A stretch of 45,686 nt of DNA from Chlamydiota bacterium (GCA_023269435.1 JAHFTJ010000002.1:1-45686), one strand, 5' to 3'. Shown: positions 9,543-22,786, counted from the first letter of the stretch. Program-made: numbers and translations. The notes: generated by a model from the letters alone, not told the origin.

Positions 9543-9767
9543 TTAGTTGGTTTGACTTTGATGTGCCCCTTTATCCGATTTTGTTACTACCATCCCAGCA
9601 ACAAACAAGAGAAAACTAAACAAACTAAACGCAGAGAGAACCGCCAAACTTCTTTCTTCACCTTTAATTTTAACATCTTTACCATCATCAGCTTGTAACT
9701 GACTATTACCAATGCATAAAACTAAACAACTAAAAATAGTAGCAATAAAACCAAAATTTTTCTTCAT
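9543..9767 (-). CDS. Small hypothetical membrane/secreted protein
   Basis: 74 aa. A perfect AAGGAG lies 4 nt upstream of the ATG (minus strand tagAAGGAGttaaATG). It has an N-terminal signal-like segment and a C-terminal TM helix, and is wedged between rpoC and tal. Confidence 0.6.
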   Translation of the reverse strand: MKKNFGFIATIFSCLVLCIGNSQLQADDGKDVKIKGEERSLAVLSAFSLFSFLLFVAGMVVTKSDKGAHQSQTN

Positions 9768-9777
9768 TTAACTCCTT

Positions 9778-12700
9778 CTAATTTATAAACAAAAGATCTA
9801 AATCTTCATTATCGGTAAAATCAAACTCAGTAAATTTCTCTTCAAAAGATTCACTTTTTTCTAGTCGATTGCAATAACGTTGATGTCCTGTGCCAGATGG
9901 CATTGGTTTACCTGCAATAATATTAGATTTAAAATCTAATAAATAATCGACCTTACTTTCGCATGCGGCATCTGTAAGAACTCTTGTCGTTTCTTGGAAT
10001 GAAGCTGCCGAGAAAAAACTCTCTGTACCTAAAGATGCTTTAGTGATACCTAATAATACAGGGGCAGCCTGCGCTGGTCTACCTCCGCTTTCGGTAACTT
10101 TTTTATTTTGTAGATGAAATTGCTTTTTGTCTACATCTTCACCATAAAGTAGAATTGTATCGCCAGGTTCGGAAATTTTAACTTTTTTCAACATTTGTCT
10201 TACAATGATCTCAATGTGTTTATCATTAATATCAACACCTTGTAAACGGTAGACTTCTTGAACCTGATTTACTAAATATTTTTGCAACTCTCTTACGCCG
10301 CAAATATCCAGTATTTCCTGCAACCTTACTGGTCCCTCTGTAATCTGTTGACCTTTTTCAACGCGATCTCCTTTTTGGACTATTAGACGTTGCGTTAATG
10401 AAATAAGATGCTCTTCTTCCATTCCGCTCTCCTCATCGCGTACAACCAATATCCGTTTATTTTTTTGCACCCCTTTAAAATCAACAATACCATCTATTTT
10501 AGCTATTTCAGCTGGGTCCTTAGGTTTACGAGCTTCAACAAGTTCAGCTACACGTGGCAATCCACCTGTAATATCCTTAGTTTTTACTGCGCCTTTAGGT
10601 AATCTTCCAAGTTTGGCGCCTGCTTTTACATAATCGCCCTCATTCACAGATAATAAAGCACCTGAAGGTATGGCATATGTACCTATCATTTCTTCGTAAG
10701 AAGAATCTGTATATATAACTATTTGTGGATGTAACTCACCACGATGTTGTTTAACAACTATTTCATGTTGTCCAGTTTTTTTATTTACTGTTTTTTGTGT
10801 AGAAATACCTTCTACTAAGTCTTCATATTTAACGTATCCACCTTTCTCACATATAATAGGAAAATTAAACTGCTCTATATTAGCAATATTTTGGTTTTTG
10901 TTTAATTTACACCCATCTTCTAATAAAATCTTAGTGCCTAATTCAATAGAAAACGATTGCAACGATTCTATCGATTTCAAAGATAATAATTTTTTATACT
11001 CCTCTAAAGGACGCCCTTCATCCTTCACAATATGTAAAAATCCGTTTTTATTTAACGATAGCCATACGCCTTCTTCTGTGTATACATGGCGTATATCTTG
11101 ATAGACAAGTATTCCATCAAATTCACTGATTATCTCTGGCTTAACTGATGCAGAAGCGATACCACCAAGATGAAACGTTCTCATAGTTAACTGAGTTCCA
11201 GGTTCACCAATAGATTGAGCTGCAATAATACCAACAGCTTCACCCATAGCTATCTGCTTACCATTGGATAGGTTGATTCCATAACATTTAGAACAAATCC
11301 CCCTTTCGGATTCACATGTTAATGTAGAACGAATTTTAACAGTTTCAATTCCTGAGTCATCAATTAACTCAGCTTGTTCTATTGTTAAAACATCACCAGA
11401 CCTAGCTATTAATTTTGTTATGTCTCCAGGGAAGTAAATATCATCACACACTGTTCTTCCAAAAATACGATCTTTAAGATGTAATAACTCTTCTTGTGCA
11501 TGCTTAATAGCTGCAACATCTATTCCATTTAATGTTCCACAATCTTCTTCATTTACGAGGACATCTTGTGCAACGTCAACAAGTCTACGCGTTAAATAAC
11601 CTGAGTCAGCAGTTTTAAGAGCTGTGTCTGCAAGACCTTTACGAGCGCCATGAGAAGATATGAAGTACTCTAAAACACTCAAGCCTTCTCTAAAGTTTGA
11701 TGTAATAGGATTCTCAATAATTTCTCCTGAAGGAGTAGCCATCAACCCTCTAAGTGCGCCTAACTGTCTCAACTGAGACTTATTTCCACGCGCTCCAGAA
11801 TCGATCATCATATATAATGGACTCAATTCCAAACCTGATGGCTTCATTATCAAATCGTACAATAAATCTGAAAGCACTTCTGTTGCTTCTGTCCAAATAG
11901 AAATAATTTTAGAGCTTCTCTCGCCATCTGTTATAACACCATCCTCATACTGACTACGTACAATACTAACTTTTTTGTTAGCTTCATCTAAAATTTGTTG
12001 TTTCTCTTTTGGAATAAGAACATCTGTAACACCCATGGAAATGCCAGACTTTGTGGCTTGATCAAACCCTAAACATTTTAAATTATCTAAAAACTGAACT
12101 GTTTTTTCCATTCCAAGTTTTTTATAAATATTCAAAACCAACTCACCAAGTTTTTTATTGCGAAGATTGTAGTTTTGAAATCCTATTTCCATTGGAACAA
12201 TAGTGTTAAAAATAACCCTTCCTGGAGTAGTTTCCAAAAGAGAATTTTCTATGCGTAATTTAATTTTTTCATGAATATGCAAGCCGCGTCCAATATCATC
12301 ACAACGTTCACCATCAACCATATCCTTGTTATACCAAGTATAACTACCCGATGAACTCATTGCCATCAACACCTCATCGTAGGATGCAAATATTTTAGTA
12401 CGTCCGCCAAAGTCTTCGCGAATAAAAATTGGATCAAACATTAAATAATAAAGCCCAAGAACCATGTCTTGACTAGGCATTGCTACAGGCTTACCAGACG
12501 ATGGCAAGAAAATATTATCTGGAGCCATCATCAATAATTTCGCCTCAATCTGAGCTTCTATAGACAACGGAATATGCACAGCCATTTGGTCACCATCAAA
12601 GTCAGCATTAAAAGCTGTACAAACTAACGGATGAATTCTAATAGCTTTTCCTTCAATTAAAATAGGTTCAAAAGCTTGCAACCCCAACCTATGCAATGTA

Positions 12701-13977
12701 GGCGCCCTATTTAGTAATACTGGATGGCCTTTGATAATATCAGCAAGGACGTCCCATACGCGTGGATCTTCATTTTGAATCATTTTTTTTGCTGAACGAA
12801 TAGTATATACATAACCACAGTCTTTAAGTCTTTTAACAATAAATGGTTCAAACAATTCTAAAGCAATTTTTTTTGGCAGTCCACATTGATTAAATTTCAA
12901 CTCAGGACCAACAACAATAACTGACCTACCAGAGTAATCTACCCGTTTACCAAGTAAATTTTGACGAAAACGCCCTTGTTTACCCTTTAACATCTCAGAT
13001 AAAGATTTGAGCGGTCTATTTCCAGCCCCCATAACTGGATGGCCATGTCTTCCGTTATCAAATAAAGCGTCAACAGACTCCTGCAGCATTCTTTTTTCAT
13101 TACGAATGATAACTTCAGGAGTTTTTAACTTCAAAATAGTCTTTAATCTATTATTTCTATTTATCACACGTCTGTATAGATCATTTAAATCAGAAGTAGC
13201 AAATCTTCCACCATCTAATGGAACCAAAGGACGTAATTCAGGGGGAATTACAGGGAGACACTTCATTATCATCCACTGCGGATTATTATCTGAATTTACA
13301 AAACCTTCTACTATTTTAAGACGTTTTGCTAACTTCATCCTAGCTTGTAAAGATTTAGTTTTACGTAATTTATCTTTAAGTTCTTCTACAGTAGCATGCA
13401 TATCCTCGCTTTCCAAAAGAACTTTAACAGCCTCACCACCCATCATAGCTTTAAATGAATCAAAACCCCATTTTTCTTGAGCTTCACGATATTCTAAATC
13501 ATTTAACAAAGATTTTTTTTCTAATGTAGTTCTACCAGAATCAACTATAACATATTCTTCGTAGTAAATTACCCTCTCTAAATCGCCAGCAGACATCCCT
13601 AAAATATTGCCTATACGTGATGGTTGTGTTTTAAAAAACCAAATATGCACTACTGGAACGGCCAAATCAATATGTGCCATCCTTTCTCGTCTAACTTTTG
13701 ATAGAGTTACCTCCACCCCACATCTATCGCAGACTACGCCTTTGTGTTTTATTTTTTTATACTTACCACAATTACATTCCCAATCTCTTGTAGGACCAAA
13801 AATTTTTTCACAAAAAAGGCCACCCTTTTCTGGCTTAAAAGTTCTATAATTAATTGTCTCAGGTTTTTTAACCTCTCCATGAGACCATTTTTCTCTAATA
13901 ACATCATCTGAAGCAATTTGAATTGCTAAATTTTCAAAATAGACACCCTGCATATTTTCTTCATTCATTTCTGACAT
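9778..13977 (-). CDS. rpoC: DNA-directed RNA polymerase subunit beta'
   Basis: 1399 aa with the NADFDGDQM catalytic motif and the zinc-binding CNCGKYK...CDRCG segment. Confidence 0.98.
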   Translation of the reverse strand: MSEMNEENMQGVYFENLAIQIASDDVIREKWSHGEVKKPETINYRTFKPEKGGLFCEKIFGPTRDWECNCGKYKKIKHKGVVCDRCGVEVTLSKVRRERMAHIDLAVPVVHIWFFKTQPSRIGNILGMSAGDLERVIYYEEYVIVDSGRTTLEKKSLLNDLEYREAQEKWGFDSFKAMMGGEAVKVLLESEDMHATVEELKDKLRKTKSLQARMKLAKRLKIVEGFVNSDNNPQWMIMKCLPVIPPELRPLVPLDGGRFATSDLNDLYRRVINRNNRLKTILKLKTPEVIIRNEKRMLQESVDALFDNGRHGHPVMGAGNRPLKSLSEMLKGKQGRFRQNLLGKRVDYSGRSVIVVGPELKFNQCGLPKKIALELFEPFIVKRLKDCGYVYTIRSAKKMIQNEDPRVWDVLADIIKGHPVLLNRAPTLHRLGLQAFEPILIEGKAIRIHPLVCTAFNADFDGDQMAVHIPLSIEAQIEAKLLMMAPDNIFLPSSGKPVAMPSQDMVLGLYYLMFDPIFIREDFGGRTKIFASYDEVLMAMSSSGSYTWYNKDMVDGERCDDIGRGLHIHEKIKLRIENSLLETTPGRVIFNTIVPMEIGFQNYNLRNKKLGELVLNIYKKLGMEKTVQFLDNLKCLGFDQATKSGISMGVTDVLIPKEKQQILDEANKKVSIVRSQYEDGVITDGERSSKIISIWTEATEVLSDLLYDLIMKPSGLELSPLYMMIDSGARGNKSQLRQLGALRGLMATPSGEIIENPITSNFREGLSVLEYFISSHGARKGLADTALKTADSGYLTRRLVDVAQDVLVNEEDCGTLNGIDVAAIKHAQEELLHLKDRIFGRTVCDDIYFPGDITKLIARSGDVLTIEQAELIDDSGIETVKIRSTLTCESERGICSKCYGINLSNGKQIAMGEAVGIIAAQSIGEPGTQLTMRTFHLGGIASASVKPEIISEFDGILVYQDIRHVYTEEGVWLSLNKNGFLHIVKDEGRPLEEYKKLLSLKSIESLQSFSIELGTKILLEDGCKLNKNQNIANIEQFNFPIICEKGGYVKYEDLVEGISTQKTVNKKTGQHEIVVKQHRGELHPQIVIYTDSSYEEMIGTYAIPSGALLSVNEGDYVKAGAKLGRLPKGAVKTKDITGGLPRVAELVEARKPKDPAEIAKIDGIVDFKGVQKNKRILVVRDEESGMEEEHLISLTQRLIVQKGDRVEKGQQITEGPVRLQEILDICGVRELQKYLVNQVQEVYRLQGVDINDKHIEIIVRQMLKKVKISEPGDTILLYGEDVDKKQFHLQNKKVTESGGRPAQAAPVLLGITKASLGTESFFSAASFQETTRVLTDAACESKVDYLLDFKSNIIAGKPMPSGTGHQRYCNRLEKSESFEEKFTEFDFTDNEDLDLLFIN

Positions 13978-16900
13978 TAAAATTCTCCGTGAAAAGTTTC
14001 GTCCATTTGATTTGCTCTAACATCTAAGCACAACCCACGCATCTCACTCACTAACACATTAAACGATTCTGGCGTCCCCGATCGAAGTAAATTGTCGCCT
14101 TTAACTATTGACTCGTAAATTTGCGTACGTCCATAGACATCGTCTGATTTAACTGTAAGCATTTCTTGAAGTAAATATGAAGTTCCGAATGCTTCTAACG
14201 CCCAAACTTCCATTTCACCAAATCGTTGCCCACCCCTCTGCGCCTTTCCTCCTAATGGTTGTTGTGTAACCAAAGAATAAGGACCAATTGAACGTGCATG
14301 TATTTTATCTGCTACTAAATGCGATAATTTCAACATATAAATATATCCAACAACTACTGGATTGTCGAATCTCTCGCCTGTTCTTCCATCAAATAAGATC
14401 ATTTTACCATCTTCGCGACCATTAAATTTTCTCATCATCTTCCAAATTTCTTCCTCTGGAAAACCTTGAAATACAGGACTCTTAACATAAATTCCAGATA
14501 ACTTTGCAGCATAACCTAAATGAGTCTCTAACATTTGCCCCAAGTTCATCCTAGACGGAACGCCAAGAGGATTTAATATAATTTCAATCCCCTCTCCGTT
14601 TTCTAAATAAGGCATGTCACACTCTGGTACAATTTTAGATACGACACCTTTATTTCCATGACGGCCAGCCATTTTATCGCCAACTTGAAATTTTCGTTTA
14701 TTAGCTATATAAACTTTTACCTGATTTATTACATCAGACTCTAGTTCGACATCACCTTTTTTAATAAATTCAGTTTGCGATTGATATTTCATTCTTAAAC
14801 TATCAACAGCTTTGTGATGTAGCATTAAAATATTTTTCATCGAATCATATGCATCGTTAGCGGTAATAATTAAATTATCAAGTGGTTCATTCTCAAGAAT
14901 TTCTAACATTTCTTGCGTAACTTCATCGCCTTCTTTAATTATAATATCACCAGTTTTCCTATGCATGACAGACCCTGGAGCAACATCATCCATCAATAAA
15001 GCTCCTAATGTTTCGTGGAGCTCCATCATCAACTCAATCTCTTTATCTTTATATTCTTTTTGTAAATCAACTATTCTTGATTTTTCTTCCACTAACTCAT
15101 CATCTGTTTTAGACAATCTATCACGTCTGCTAAAAACTTTAACATCCATGATAATACCTTCTGTTCCAGGTGGAACAATTAACGAACCGTCTTTGACATC
15201 TGCAGCTTTTTCACCAAATATAGCTCTCAACAAACGCTCTTCAGGAGACAACTCAGTCTCTGACTTAGGAATAACCTTGCCAACTAAAATATCACCAGGC
15301 TTTACTTCAGAACCAATTATAATAATTCCATCATCACCAAGATTTCTCAACATCTCTTCGGAAACATTAGGAATATCCCTGGTAATTTCTTCTTTACCTA
15401 ATTTTGTATCTCTAGCAGTAATTTCATACTCTTCCAAACAAATAGATGTATAATAATCTTCTTTAATCAATTTTTCTGATATTATAATAGCATCTTCATA
15501 GTTATAACCACACCAAGGCATAAATGCTACTAATACGTTCTTGCCTAAAGCAATTTCACCTTTATCTGTAGAAGGACCATCTGCTATAACGTCACCAGCA
15601 ACAATCTCATCTCCAATATCGACGATTGGCGTTTGATTAATACAAGTATTAGTGTTTGAACGAATAAATTTTTTCAGATTATAAGTCTTTTTACTTAAAA
15701 GATTTGCTTTAGATGCAATAACGATTTTAAAACTATCTACATAATCAACTACACCATCCTCTTGTGCAATTATTACAGCCCCCGAGTCCTTTGCAGCTTT
15801 GTATTCTACGCCAGTGCCAACTATAGGAGCTTCTGACTTCAACAAAGGGACAGCTTGTCTTTGCATATTAGAACCCATCAGCGCACGGTTAGCGTCATCA
15901 TGCTCTAAAAATGGTATTAACGCAGTTACAATAGACACTAATTGTTTAGGCGAAACATCCATGTGAGTTACTTTATTGCTATTAATTTTTAACGACTCTC
16001 CATTATGTCTAACCCAACACACATCCTCAACAAACATTTTAAATTCATCGAGTTTAGAAGAAGCTTGCGCAATAATACATGTCTCTTCCTTATCAGCAGT
16101 CATATATTCAATTTCATCTGTAACAATTCCGTTGTTTACAATCCTATAAGGGGTTTCTATAAATCCAAATTCATTAATTTTTGCAAAAGATGACAGAGAT
16201 GTTATTAAACCTATGTTTGGTCCTTCAGGCGTTTCGATAGGACATATCCTGCCGTAATGACTTGAGTGTACGTCTCTAACTTCAAATCCAGCCCGTTCTC
16301 TATTTAACCCACCAGGCCCTAATGATGACAATCTTCTTTTATGCGTTAACTCTGCTACTGGATTGACCTGATCCATAAATTGAGAGAGTTGCGATCTACC
16401 AAAAAAATCTTTAATAACAGATTGAAATCCCTTAGATGAAATAATTTTACCTGGAGTTAAAGTATCTGTAGCAAAATCAAAAAGATTCATCCTCTCTTTG
16501 ATAATTTTTTCCATCCTTACAAAACCTATGCGACATTGATTTTGAACTAATTCGCCAACAGACCTAACCCTTCTATTCGCTAAATGATCAATATCGTCTA
16601 TCTTTACCCCTTCATCGCCATTACGCAATTTAATAAGGTATTTTATTGCATTAACAATATCTTCTTTTTTTAGAACAACTTGATTTAACACATCATCGCT
16701 TGTTTCAATACCGAACTTCATATTCATCTTGTAACGACCAACCTTACCTAAATTATATCTTTTAGGATCAAAAAATAGTCGCATAATCAAAGATCTTGCG
16801 TTAGACAATGTAGATGGTTCACCTGGCCTTATTTTTCTATAAAAATCTTTTAAAGCAGATTCGTAAGAATCTGTAGGATCTTTATTCAACATTTTAATAA

Positions 16901-17756
16901 TAGGGCTAGTTTCATCTGCATCTTCAGCTATACGTATATACGGAATGTTAGCATCTAAAATGCGTTTAAGCATGGCGGTTGTTAATTTCTCAGATGCCTT
17001 TCCATACACAATGCTGTTTTCTTCATCAATTATATTTTCTGCTAAAATTTTACCGACAATTTTAGCAAAATCTTTATCGGATTTTATTTTAATTTTTCTA
17101 GTACTAAAAAATTCTTCTATTATATCTGAATCAGTTGAATATCCTAATGTACGAATGAAGGAAGTAGCTAAAACTTTACGACGTCTTTTTTTCCTATCAA
17201 CATAAATATAAATAAGATCATTAATATCAAACGAACCCTCAAGCCAACTACCTCTATAAGGAATCACCTTAAATGAGTATAACATATTACCTTTAATATG
17301 TTTTTCTTTCTCAAAACATATACCTGGAGAACGATGCAACTGGGAAACAATAACCCTCTCGGCTCCATTAATTACAAAAGTTCCCCTTTGAGTCATTAAA
17401 GGAATAGTACCCATGTATACTTCTTCTTCTTTTATTCCCGTCTCATCAGTTAATCGAAACGTAGCTTTTAACGGCGCATTATATGTAATCCCCCTACGGA
17501 TACACTCTTCTGGATCGTATTTTGTAACACCTAAACTATAAGATAAGTACTCTAAAATAATTTTTTCATCAAAGCTTTTTATAGGAAAAACTTCTTTAAA
17601 CACCTCTTCAATACCGACATTTTCTTTTTCATGTGATAACTTATCAAGCTGAAGAAAATCTTTGTACGATTTTATTTGAATTTCTATAAGATTTGGAAGA
17701 TCTATTATCTCTTCGTACTCTTGAAAACCAATCCGTTTAGGCGCTCGTTTCACCAT
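13977..17756 (-). CDS. rpoB: DNA-directed RNA polymerase subunit beta
   Basis: 1259 aa with conserved [21 protein letters not shown] and SQLSQFMDQ motifs. 1-nt overlap with rpoC. Confidence 0.98.
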   Translation of the reverse strand: MVKRAPKRIGFQEYEEIIDLPNLIEIQIKSYKDFLQLDKLSHEKENVGIEEVFKEVFPIKSFDEKIILEYLSYSLGVTKYDPEECIRRGITYNAPLKATFRLTDETGIKEEEVYMGTIPLMTQRGTFVINGAERVIVSQLHRSPGICFEKEKHIKGNMLYSFKVIPYRGSWLEGSFDINDLIYIYVDRKKRRRKVLATSFIRTLGYSTDSDIIEEFFSTRKIKIKSDKDFAKIVGKILAENIIDEENSIVYGKASEKLTTAMLKRILDANIPYIRIAEDADETSPIIKMLNKDPTDSYESALKDFYRKIRPGEPSTLSNARSLIMRLFFDPKRYNLGKVGRYKMNMKFGIETSDDVLNQVVLKKEDIVNAIKYLIKLRNGDEGVKIDDIDHLANRRVRSVGELVQNQCRIGFVRMEKIIKERMNLFDFATDTLTPGKIISSKGFQSVIKDFFGRSQLSQFMDQVNPVAELTHKRRLSSLGPGGLNRERAGFEVRDVHSSHYGRICPIETPEGPNIGLITSLSSFAKINEFGFIETPYRIVNNGIVTDEIEYMTADKEETCIIAQASSKLDEFKMFVEDVCWVRHNGESLKINSNKVTHMDVSPKQLVSIVTALIPFLEHDDANRALMGSNMQRQAVPLLKSEAPIVGTGVEYKAAKDSGAVIIAQEDGVVDYVDSFKIVIASKANLLSKKTYNLKKFIRSNTNTCINQTPIVDIGDEIVAGDVIADGPSTDKGEIALGKNVLVAFMPWCGYNYEDAIIISEKLIKEDYYTSICLEEYEITARDTKLGKEEITRDIPNVSEEMLRNLGDDGIIIIGSEVKPGDILVGKVIPKSETELSPEERLLRAIFGEKAADVKDGSLIVPPGTEGIIMDVKVFSRRDRLSKTDDELVEEKSRIVDLQKEYKDKEIELMMELHETLGALLMDDVAPGSVMHRKTGDIIIKEGDEVTQEMLEILENEPLDNLIITANDAYDSMKNILMLHHKAVDSLRMKYQSQTEFIKKGDVELESDVINQVKVYIANKRKFQVGDKMAGRHGNKGVVSKIVPECDMPYLENGEGIEIILNPLGVPSRMNLGQMLETHLGYAAKLSGIYVKSPVFQGFPEEEIWKMMRKFNGREDGKMILFDGRTGERFDNPVVVGYIYMLKLSHLVADKIHARSIGPYSLVTQQPLGGKAQRGGQRFGEMEVWALEAFGTSYLLQEMLTVKSDDVYGRTQIYESIVKGDNLLRSGTPESFNVLVSEMRGLCLDVRANQMDETFHGEF

Positions 17757-17831
17757 TTATTTAACTCCCTTAATTATCGTGCTATGCTTATTTAAGTTAA
17801 TTAACTAAATTAGTTAATTAGGAATAAAATT

Positions 17832-17859
17832 AATTCGCGCCCAAGCATGGGCACGAATT
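17832..17859 (-). terminator. rplL-rpoB intergenic hairpin (attenuator/partial terminator candidate)
   Basis: The minus strand reads aattcgtgccca-tgct-tgggcgcgaatt, a 12-bp stem including one G.U. It is GC-rich in an AT-rich spacer and is followed by aattttatt. The rplL-rpoB attenuator of other bacteria occupies the same location. Confidence 0.55.
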
Positions 17860-17890
17860 TTCTCAATTAAAAATTTATTAAAATCGTTAG

Positions 17891-18289
17891 TTAAACACCT
17901 TTAATTTCTACTACCGCTCCAACATCTTCTAATTTTTTCTTGATTTCTTCAGCGTCTTTTTTGTTAGCCACTGTTTTTATATCTTTAGGAGTGTCAGTTA
18001 CTAAATCTCTAGCTTCTTGCAAAGAAAGATCTGTTACAGTTCTAATTTCCTTAATGACTGGAATTTTTTTAGCAGGATCTATAGAAGTTAGAATAACTCT
18101 AAATTCAGTAAATTCTTCTGCAACTGCCACAGGAGTTGCAGCCCCAGCAACTGGACCAGCCATAACTGTCGTTATACCTGAAGGTGCAACTACACCCCAC
18201 TTATCTTCGAGCATTTTTTTTAATTTAGACATTTCTAAAACAGTAAGCTTGCTCAACGTCTCTGCAATTTGTTCAAGTGTTTCACTCAT
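17891..18289 (-). CDS. rplL: 50S ribosomal protein L7/L12
   Basis: 132 aa with an Ala/Val hinge and C-terminal KKLEDVGAVVEIKGV-type ending. Confidence 0.95.
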   Translation of the reverse strand: MSETLEQIAETLSKLTVLEMSKLKKMLEDKWGVVAPSGITTVMAGPVAGAATPVAVAEEFTEFRVILTSIDPAKKIPVIKEIRTVTDLSLQEARDLVTDTPKDIKTVANKKDAEEIKKKLEDVGAVVEIKGV

Positions 18290-18310
18290 GATTTCTTCCT
18301 CAATTTAATT

Positions 18311-18820
18311 TTAATCTTTTTGCTTATTATCCAAACAATAAATGACACCAGTCAATATTGAATTAAATAGACCTAATACACCAGAAATTGGAGAGACAAA
18401 CAATCCAAGCAACTGAGCTCTCATTTCGTCTTGTGTCGGTAACGTGGATATTTCTTCTACTTCATTAGAAGTGCATTTATTATCTTCAAAATAACCGCCA
18501 ATAACCTCAACTGTGTCTATATTTTCTTTTTTAAACTTGTATAAAGCCTTAATAACTTCAACAAAACTTTTTTTAGTATATAAAAAAGCTAAATGCCCAT
18601 CTAATTCTTTAGAATTATATTTAAGATTTAAATCTTTAGCTACTTTCAAAAAGATACGTTTTTTAAAAATAAAAATATCACCACCACAAATAAGCATATC
18701 ACGTCTAAAATCAGACATTGCATTTGCAGTTAAATTTTGATATTTCATCACTATAAATCCAAGTTTAGGATCTATTTTACTTTTTATTTCATCTAATAAT
18801 AATTCTTTTTCAGCTAACAT
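18311..18820 (-). CDS. rplJ: 50S ribosomal protein L10
   Basis: 169 aa. Called from its position between rplA and rplL and from L10-like length and pattern. Confidence 0.85.
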   Translation of the reverse strand: MLAEKELLLDEIKSKIDPKLGFIVMKYQNLTANAMSDFRRDMLICGGDIFIFKKRIFLKVAKDLNLKYNSKELDGHLAFLYTKKSFVEVIKALYKFKKENIDTVEVIGGYFEDNKCTSNEVEEISTLPTQDEMRAQLLGLFVSPISGVLGLFNSILTGVIYCLDNKQKD

Positions 18821-18853
18821 ATATATATTCTTTTTAAATTACTTTAATTTACT

Positions 18854-19537
18854 TTACGCAATGCTCAACTTTATACCAGGACCCATTGTTGTAGACATAG
18901 TAATAGACCTGATAAAATTACCTTTAACAGAAGGGGGTCTACTTTTAACAATAGAGTCCATTAAAGATTTAAAATTATCTACCAACTGATCCATTGAAAA
19001 TGATAATTTCCCAAAAATAGTGTGAATATTATTACCTTTATCAACTTTAAATTCTATTTTACCACTTTTAATATCTTTAACAGCTTTAGCTACATCTTGA
19101 GTAACAGTGCCAGTTTTTGTAGACGGCATAAGACCTCTAGGGCCTAATATTTTACCTAAAGGACCTATTAAACGCATCATATCAGGCGAAGCTACTACTG
19201 TAGTAAAATCACTCCATCCACCTTTAATTTTTTCAGCTAAATCATCACTACCTACAAAATCTGCTCCACTATCTCTTGCTTGAGAAGCTTTATCTCCAGT
19301 TGCAAACACAACAACTACAGCTTTTTTACCAGTCCCATAAGGTAATATAACAGTGCTTCTAACTTGTTGATCTGCTTTTTTACTATCTACAGCAACGTGT
19401 ATACAAAGTTCCATAGTTTGATTAAATTTAACCTGTGGAAATTGCTTCAACAGTTCAATAGCCTCTTTAGGAGAGTATATTTTATCTAAATTGAGACGCC
19501 CTTTTGCTTCTCTATACCTTTTACTTTTATGCTTCAT
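18854..19537 (-). CDS. rplA: 50S ribosomal protein L1
   Basis: 227 aa with [25 protein letters not shown] motifs. Confidence 0.95.
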   Translation of the reverse strand: MKHKSKRYREAKGRLNLDKIYSPKEAIELLKQFPQVKFNQTMELCIHVAVDSKKADQQVRSTVILPYGTGKKAVVVVFATGDKASQARDSGADFVGSDDLAEKIKGGWSDFTTVVASPDMMRLIGPLGKILGPRGLMPSTKTGTVTQDVAKAVKDIKSGKIEFKVDKGNNIHTIFGKLSFSMDQLVDNFKSLMDSIVKSRPPSVKGNFIRSITMSTTMGPGIKLSIA

Positions 19538-19568
19538 CTCACATTTCCTTTCTGATCAATATAAACTA

Positions 19569-20012
19569 TTACAGTTCCACTTCAACGCCCATAGACCTAG
19601 CTGTTCCGGCTACAATAGCTATCGCAGCCTCTTCTTCGCTATTTCCAATTCTAAGTCTTAAATCTGGCTTTTTCTTTCTAATTATATTTAAGATTTGATT
19701 GCGATTAAGTTTGCCAACTTTATTTATATTTGGCACGCTAGACCCTTTTTCAATCCCAGCTTCTTTTTTAATTAATTCAGCAACAGGGGGCTGTTTTGTA
19801 ATAAAAGTAAAACTTTTATCGTGATAAACAGTTATAATAACAGGTAAAATATCTGTTATACCTTGTGTTTTTGCATTAAATTCTTTACAAAATGCCATTA
19901 TATTTACACCAGCAGAACCTAACGCAGGTCCGATAGGGGGCGCTGGATTTGCTTTACCAGCGGGTATTTGTAATTTAATCTCTTTAATTATTTTCTTTTT
20001 AAGAATAGCCAT
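19569..20012 (-). CDS. rplK: 50S ribosomal protein L11
   Basis: 147 aa with [21 protein letters not shown]. Confidence 0.96.
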   Translation of the reverse strand: MAILKKKIIKEIKLQIPAGKANPAPPIGPALGSAGVNIMAFCKEFNAKTQGITDILPVIITVYHDKSFTFITKQPPVAELIKKEAGIEKGSSVPNINKVGKLNRNQILNIIRKKKPDLRLRIGNSEEEAAIAIVAGTARSMGVEVEL

Positions 20013-20024
20013 CTCGAATCCTTT

Positions 20025-20561
20025 TTAATCTACAATAATCTTTTCAACTTGCCAAAATTCCAAATCATCAACTCTAGTATCTCTTCCAAAAATCGACACC
20101 AAAACACTCAATCTACCTTTATCATGAAAAATTTCAGTAACAGTACCTGTAAAATTTACAAAAACCCCATCTATAATTTTTACAGTATCATTCAACTCAA
20201 TGTTATATTTATGGACAATTTCATCTCTTTTACTTCTAAGATCATTTAAAATTCCATCAACCTCTGCATCGCTCAATCTTTGTGGTTTTCCACTACCTAT
20301 AAAATCAATTACTCCATTAGTATTTTTTATATAATGCCAAGCTTCATCTGAAGTATCCATTTTCACTAAAAGATAACCAGGCCATAAATGTCTTTCACGA
20401 ACCCTATGCTCGCCTTGTTTAATCTCTGAAACTTTTTCAGAAGGTAACAACACCTCTGTAATTGAGTCGATCATGTTGTTAGATTCTCTATTATCTTCTA
20501 TTGATTTTTTTACTTTTTTTTCTTGTCCAGACAATACCTGAACTACATACCAATGCTGCAT
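20025..20561 (-). CDS. nusG: Transcription termination/antitermination factor NusG
   Basis: It has an NGN start (MQHWYVVQVLSGQEKKVKKSIE) and a C-terminal KOW (VKIIDGVFVNFTGTV). The ORF-track start at 20618 is a TTG 19 codons upstream; I prefer the ATG at 20561 because it gives the typical NusG N-terminus. Confidence 0.9.
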   Translation of the reverse strand: MQHWYVVQVLSGQEKKVKKSIEDNRESNNMIDSITEVLLPSEKVSEIKQGEHRVRERHLWPGYLLVKMDTSDEAWHYIKNTNGVIDFIGSGKPQRLSDAEVDGILNDLRSKRDEIVHKYNIELNDTVKIIDGVFVNFTGTVTEIFHDKGRLSVLVSIFGRDTRVDDLEFWQVEKIIVD

Positions 20562-20614
20562 ACTACTTGTGCCTATATTCGAATCTTTTAAATTAAATAA
20601 ATCTTCAAATTTTA

Positions 20615-20857
20615 TCAAAAAATTTTATGAAATATCATATTTATCCAGTTTAATGCACCACGTAAAGCCAAATCAACAACATACACGCCTATTCCAAATA
20701 AAAACGTCGCACCAATAACTATTTTTGTGCATACTATTAATTCTTCTTTAGAAGTCCATGTTACAATTTTTAATTCACCCTTGAGTTCTTTAATGTAACT
20801 TTTACACTTCCATTTTTTCTTACACTTCACTTCAGAAGTACCTAATAATTCTTGCAT
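20615..20857 (-). CDS. secE: Preprotein translocase subunit SecE
   Basis: 80 aa with a single C-terminal TM and a KELKGELKIVTWTSKEE motif. Sits upstream of nusG. Confidence 0.88.
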   Translation of the reverse strand: MQELLGTSEVKCKKKWKCKSYIKELKGELKIVTWTSKEELIVCTKIVIGATFLFGIGVYVVDLALRGALNWINMIFHKIF

Positions 20858-20927
20858 TTGCTAAACTATTCTCCAATAATAACCACAATTACTCTAATTG
20901 GTAATTAGCTATTCAACCTACCTATTG

Positions 20928-21001
20928 CGGGCGCGGAGGGAATCGAACCCCCGACTTACGGCTTTGGAGACCGTCGCTCTGCCTAGCTGAGCTACACGCC
21001 C
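20928..21001 (-). tRNA. trnW: tRNA-Trp (anticodon CCA)
   Basis: Hand-folded cloverleaf: GGGCGTG/CGCGCCC acceptor, GCTC/GAGC D stem, anticodon loop CTCCAAA, T loop TTCGATT. No encoded CCA. Lies between tuf and secE. Confidence 0.93.
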
Positions 21002-21087
21002 ACCGCTAAAACTTATATGTTACATTCAATGGTAGTAACTACTATATAGCTTCTCTAAATAGAGGCAACGTTAAAGTTGCCACAAAA

Positions 21088-22272
21088 TTATTTAATGATT
21101 TTAGAAACCTTTCCAGCTCCTATTGTTCTTCCACCTTCACGTATTGCAAATCTCATACCCTCTTCCAATGCTATTGGAGATATAAGTGTACATGTAACAG
21201 TTAAATTATCACCAGGTAAAACCATCTCAACATTTGCTGGAAGATTTACTGTACCTGTTACGTCTGTTGTTCTAATGTAGAATTGAGGACGATATCCTGT
21301 AAAGAATGGTTTATGTCTACCGCCTTCTTCTTTTGTCAAAATATAAACTTCACCTTCAAATTCTGTGTGAGGAGTACATGATTTAGGTGCAGCTAAAACC
21401 ATACCTCTTTCTATATCTTTTTTCTCAACACCTCTCAACAATACGCCTACGTTTTCACCAGCTCTTGCTTCGTCCAAGACTTTATTAAACATTTCAAGAC
21501 CAATAGCAACTGCATCTCTAGTTGGATAAATACCTACAACTTCTACTTTATCGTTTAATTTAATAATACCACGTTCAACTCTTCCTGTGGCAACTGTTCC
21601 ACGTCCAGAAATTGAAAAAACATCTTCAACCGGCATTAAAAATGGCTTGTCAATATCACGTGTAGGTGTAGCAATATTTTCATCTACAGCTTTTAACAAT
21701 TCATCAATTTGCTTTAAATATTTAGGATCCCCTTCAACAGCCTTTAACGCTGAACCTCTTACGAAGACTGGATTTTTAAATCCATGTTTTTCCAAAAGCT
21801 CTGTTAACTCCATTTCTACTAAATCTAGTAACTCTTCATCTTCTTTAGGAATTTGATCACATTTATTTATAAATGTTACAATTGATGGTACGCCTACTTG
21901 TTTTGCCAACAAAATATGTTCTCTTGTTTGTGGCATAGCGCCATCTGTAGCGGCGACAACTAGAATAGCTCCATCCATTTGAGCTGCCCCAGTAATCATA
22001 TTCTTAACATAGTCAGCATGACCTGGACAGTCTACGTGAGCATAATGTCTACTTTCTGTTTCATATTCAATATGACTTGAATTAATTGTTATACCTCTAG
22101 CTTTTTCTTCAGGAGCATTATCAATAGATGAATAATCTCTGAATTTAGCTTTTCCACTTTCCGCTAACCGTTTTGTGATTGCAACAGTCAACGTAGTCTT
22201 GCCATGGTCCACATGGCCAATAGTTCCTATATTGACGTGTGGTTTTTCTCTTTTAAAAGTTTCTTTTGCCAT
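21088..22272 (-). CDS. tuf: Elongation factor Tu
   Basis: 394 aa with [14 protein letters not shown] and NKCD GTPase motifs. Confidence 0.99.
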   Translation of the reverse strand: MAKETFKREKPHVNIGTIGHVDHGKTTLTVAITKRLAESGKAKFRDYSSIDNAPEEKARGITINSSHIEYETESRHYAHVDCPGHADYVKNMITGAAQMDGAILVVAATDGAMPQTREHILLAKQVGVPSIVTFINKCDQIPKEDEELLDLVEMELTELLEKHGFKNPVFVRGSALKAVEGDPKYLKQIDELLKAVDENIATPTRDIDKPFLMPVEDVFSISGRGTVATGRVERGIIKLNDKVEVVGIYPTRDAVAIGLEMFNKVLDEARAGENVGVLLRGVEKKDIERGMVLAAPKSCTPHTEFEGEVYILTKEEGGRHKPFFTGYRPQFYIRTTDVTGTVNLPANVEMVLPGDNLTVTCTLISPIALEEGMRFAIREGGRTIGAGKVSKIIK

Positions 22273-22347
22273 TCGTAAATCCCTCCAATAGAGCGTTAAT
22301 CACCCGCATTTCCACAGAATGCAGATTATAATTATTGTATCTTTTTT

Positions 22348-22419
22348 TGCCCAGGACAGGAATTGAACCTACGACCGCTTGCTTACCATGCAAGTGCTCT
22401 ACCTCTGAGCTACCTGGGC
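22348..22419 (-). tRNA. trnT: tRNA-Thr (anticodon GGT)
   Basis: Hand-folded cloverleaf: GCCCAGG/CCTGGGC acceptor, GCTC/GAGC D stem, anticodon loop ATGGTAA, T loop TTCAATT. Immediately upstream of tuf. Confidence 0.93.
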
Positions 22420-22521
22420 CAAGTTAATAACTCCTGCCTCTTGTTATTCAGATTTTCTCATAAGAAAATCTACAACCTCTCCCGTAATAACGGTAGGTTT
22501 AAAATTTCAAGAATTCCCAAA

Positions 22522-22550
22522 ATTATACACATATTCTATAAAAACTGCAA
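22522..22550 (-). promoter_or_regulatory. Sigma-70-type promoter candidate for tRNA-Thr/tuf
   Basis: The minus strand reads TTGCAG-N17-TATAAT (ttgcag tttttatagaatatgtg tataat), about 100 nt upstream of the tRNA-Thr 5' end. Confidence 0.55.
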
Positions 22551-22564
22551 GTATATATTTTCGA

Positions 22565-22786
22565 TTATCTGTATCTATAAATAATTCTACCTTTTGTCAA
22601 ATCATATGAAGACATTTCCACATTAACTCTATCTCCAACCAATACTCGAATATTTTTCATTCGCATCTTACCGCAAAGATGAGCTTTTATTTGCACCCCA
22701 TTTTCTAATTCAACAACAAATGTCATATTAGGTAATAAATCCAACACCTTCCCACATATTTCAATCACATCTTCTTTTTTAGACAT
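22565..22786 (-). CDS. infA: Translation initiation factor IF-1
   Basis: S1-like fold sequence: [32 protein letters not shown]...IRVLVGDRV. The 73-aa form starts at MSKKED; the track ORF extends 11 codons further, to 22819. Confidence 0.93.
   Translation of the reverse strand: MSKKEDVIEICGKVLDLLPNMTFVVELENGVQIKAHLCGKMRMKNIRVLVGDRVNVEMSSYDLTKGRIIYRYR

Noticed and set aside
13007-13480. 157-aa plus-strand ORF inside rpoC. Similar ORFs lie at 14965..15453 in rpoB, 17940..18308 in rplL, 5862..6191 in atpA and 21587..21856 in tuf.
   Set aside because: All are antisense to strongly conserved genes and have low-complexity Ser/Leu/Ile-rich translations. These are shadow ORFs typical of AT-rich coding DNA.
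22363-22584. 73-aa plus-strand ORF
   Set aside because: It starts inside the tRNA-Thr gene (antisense) and crosses the tuf/tRNA promoter region. It is not credible as a CDS.
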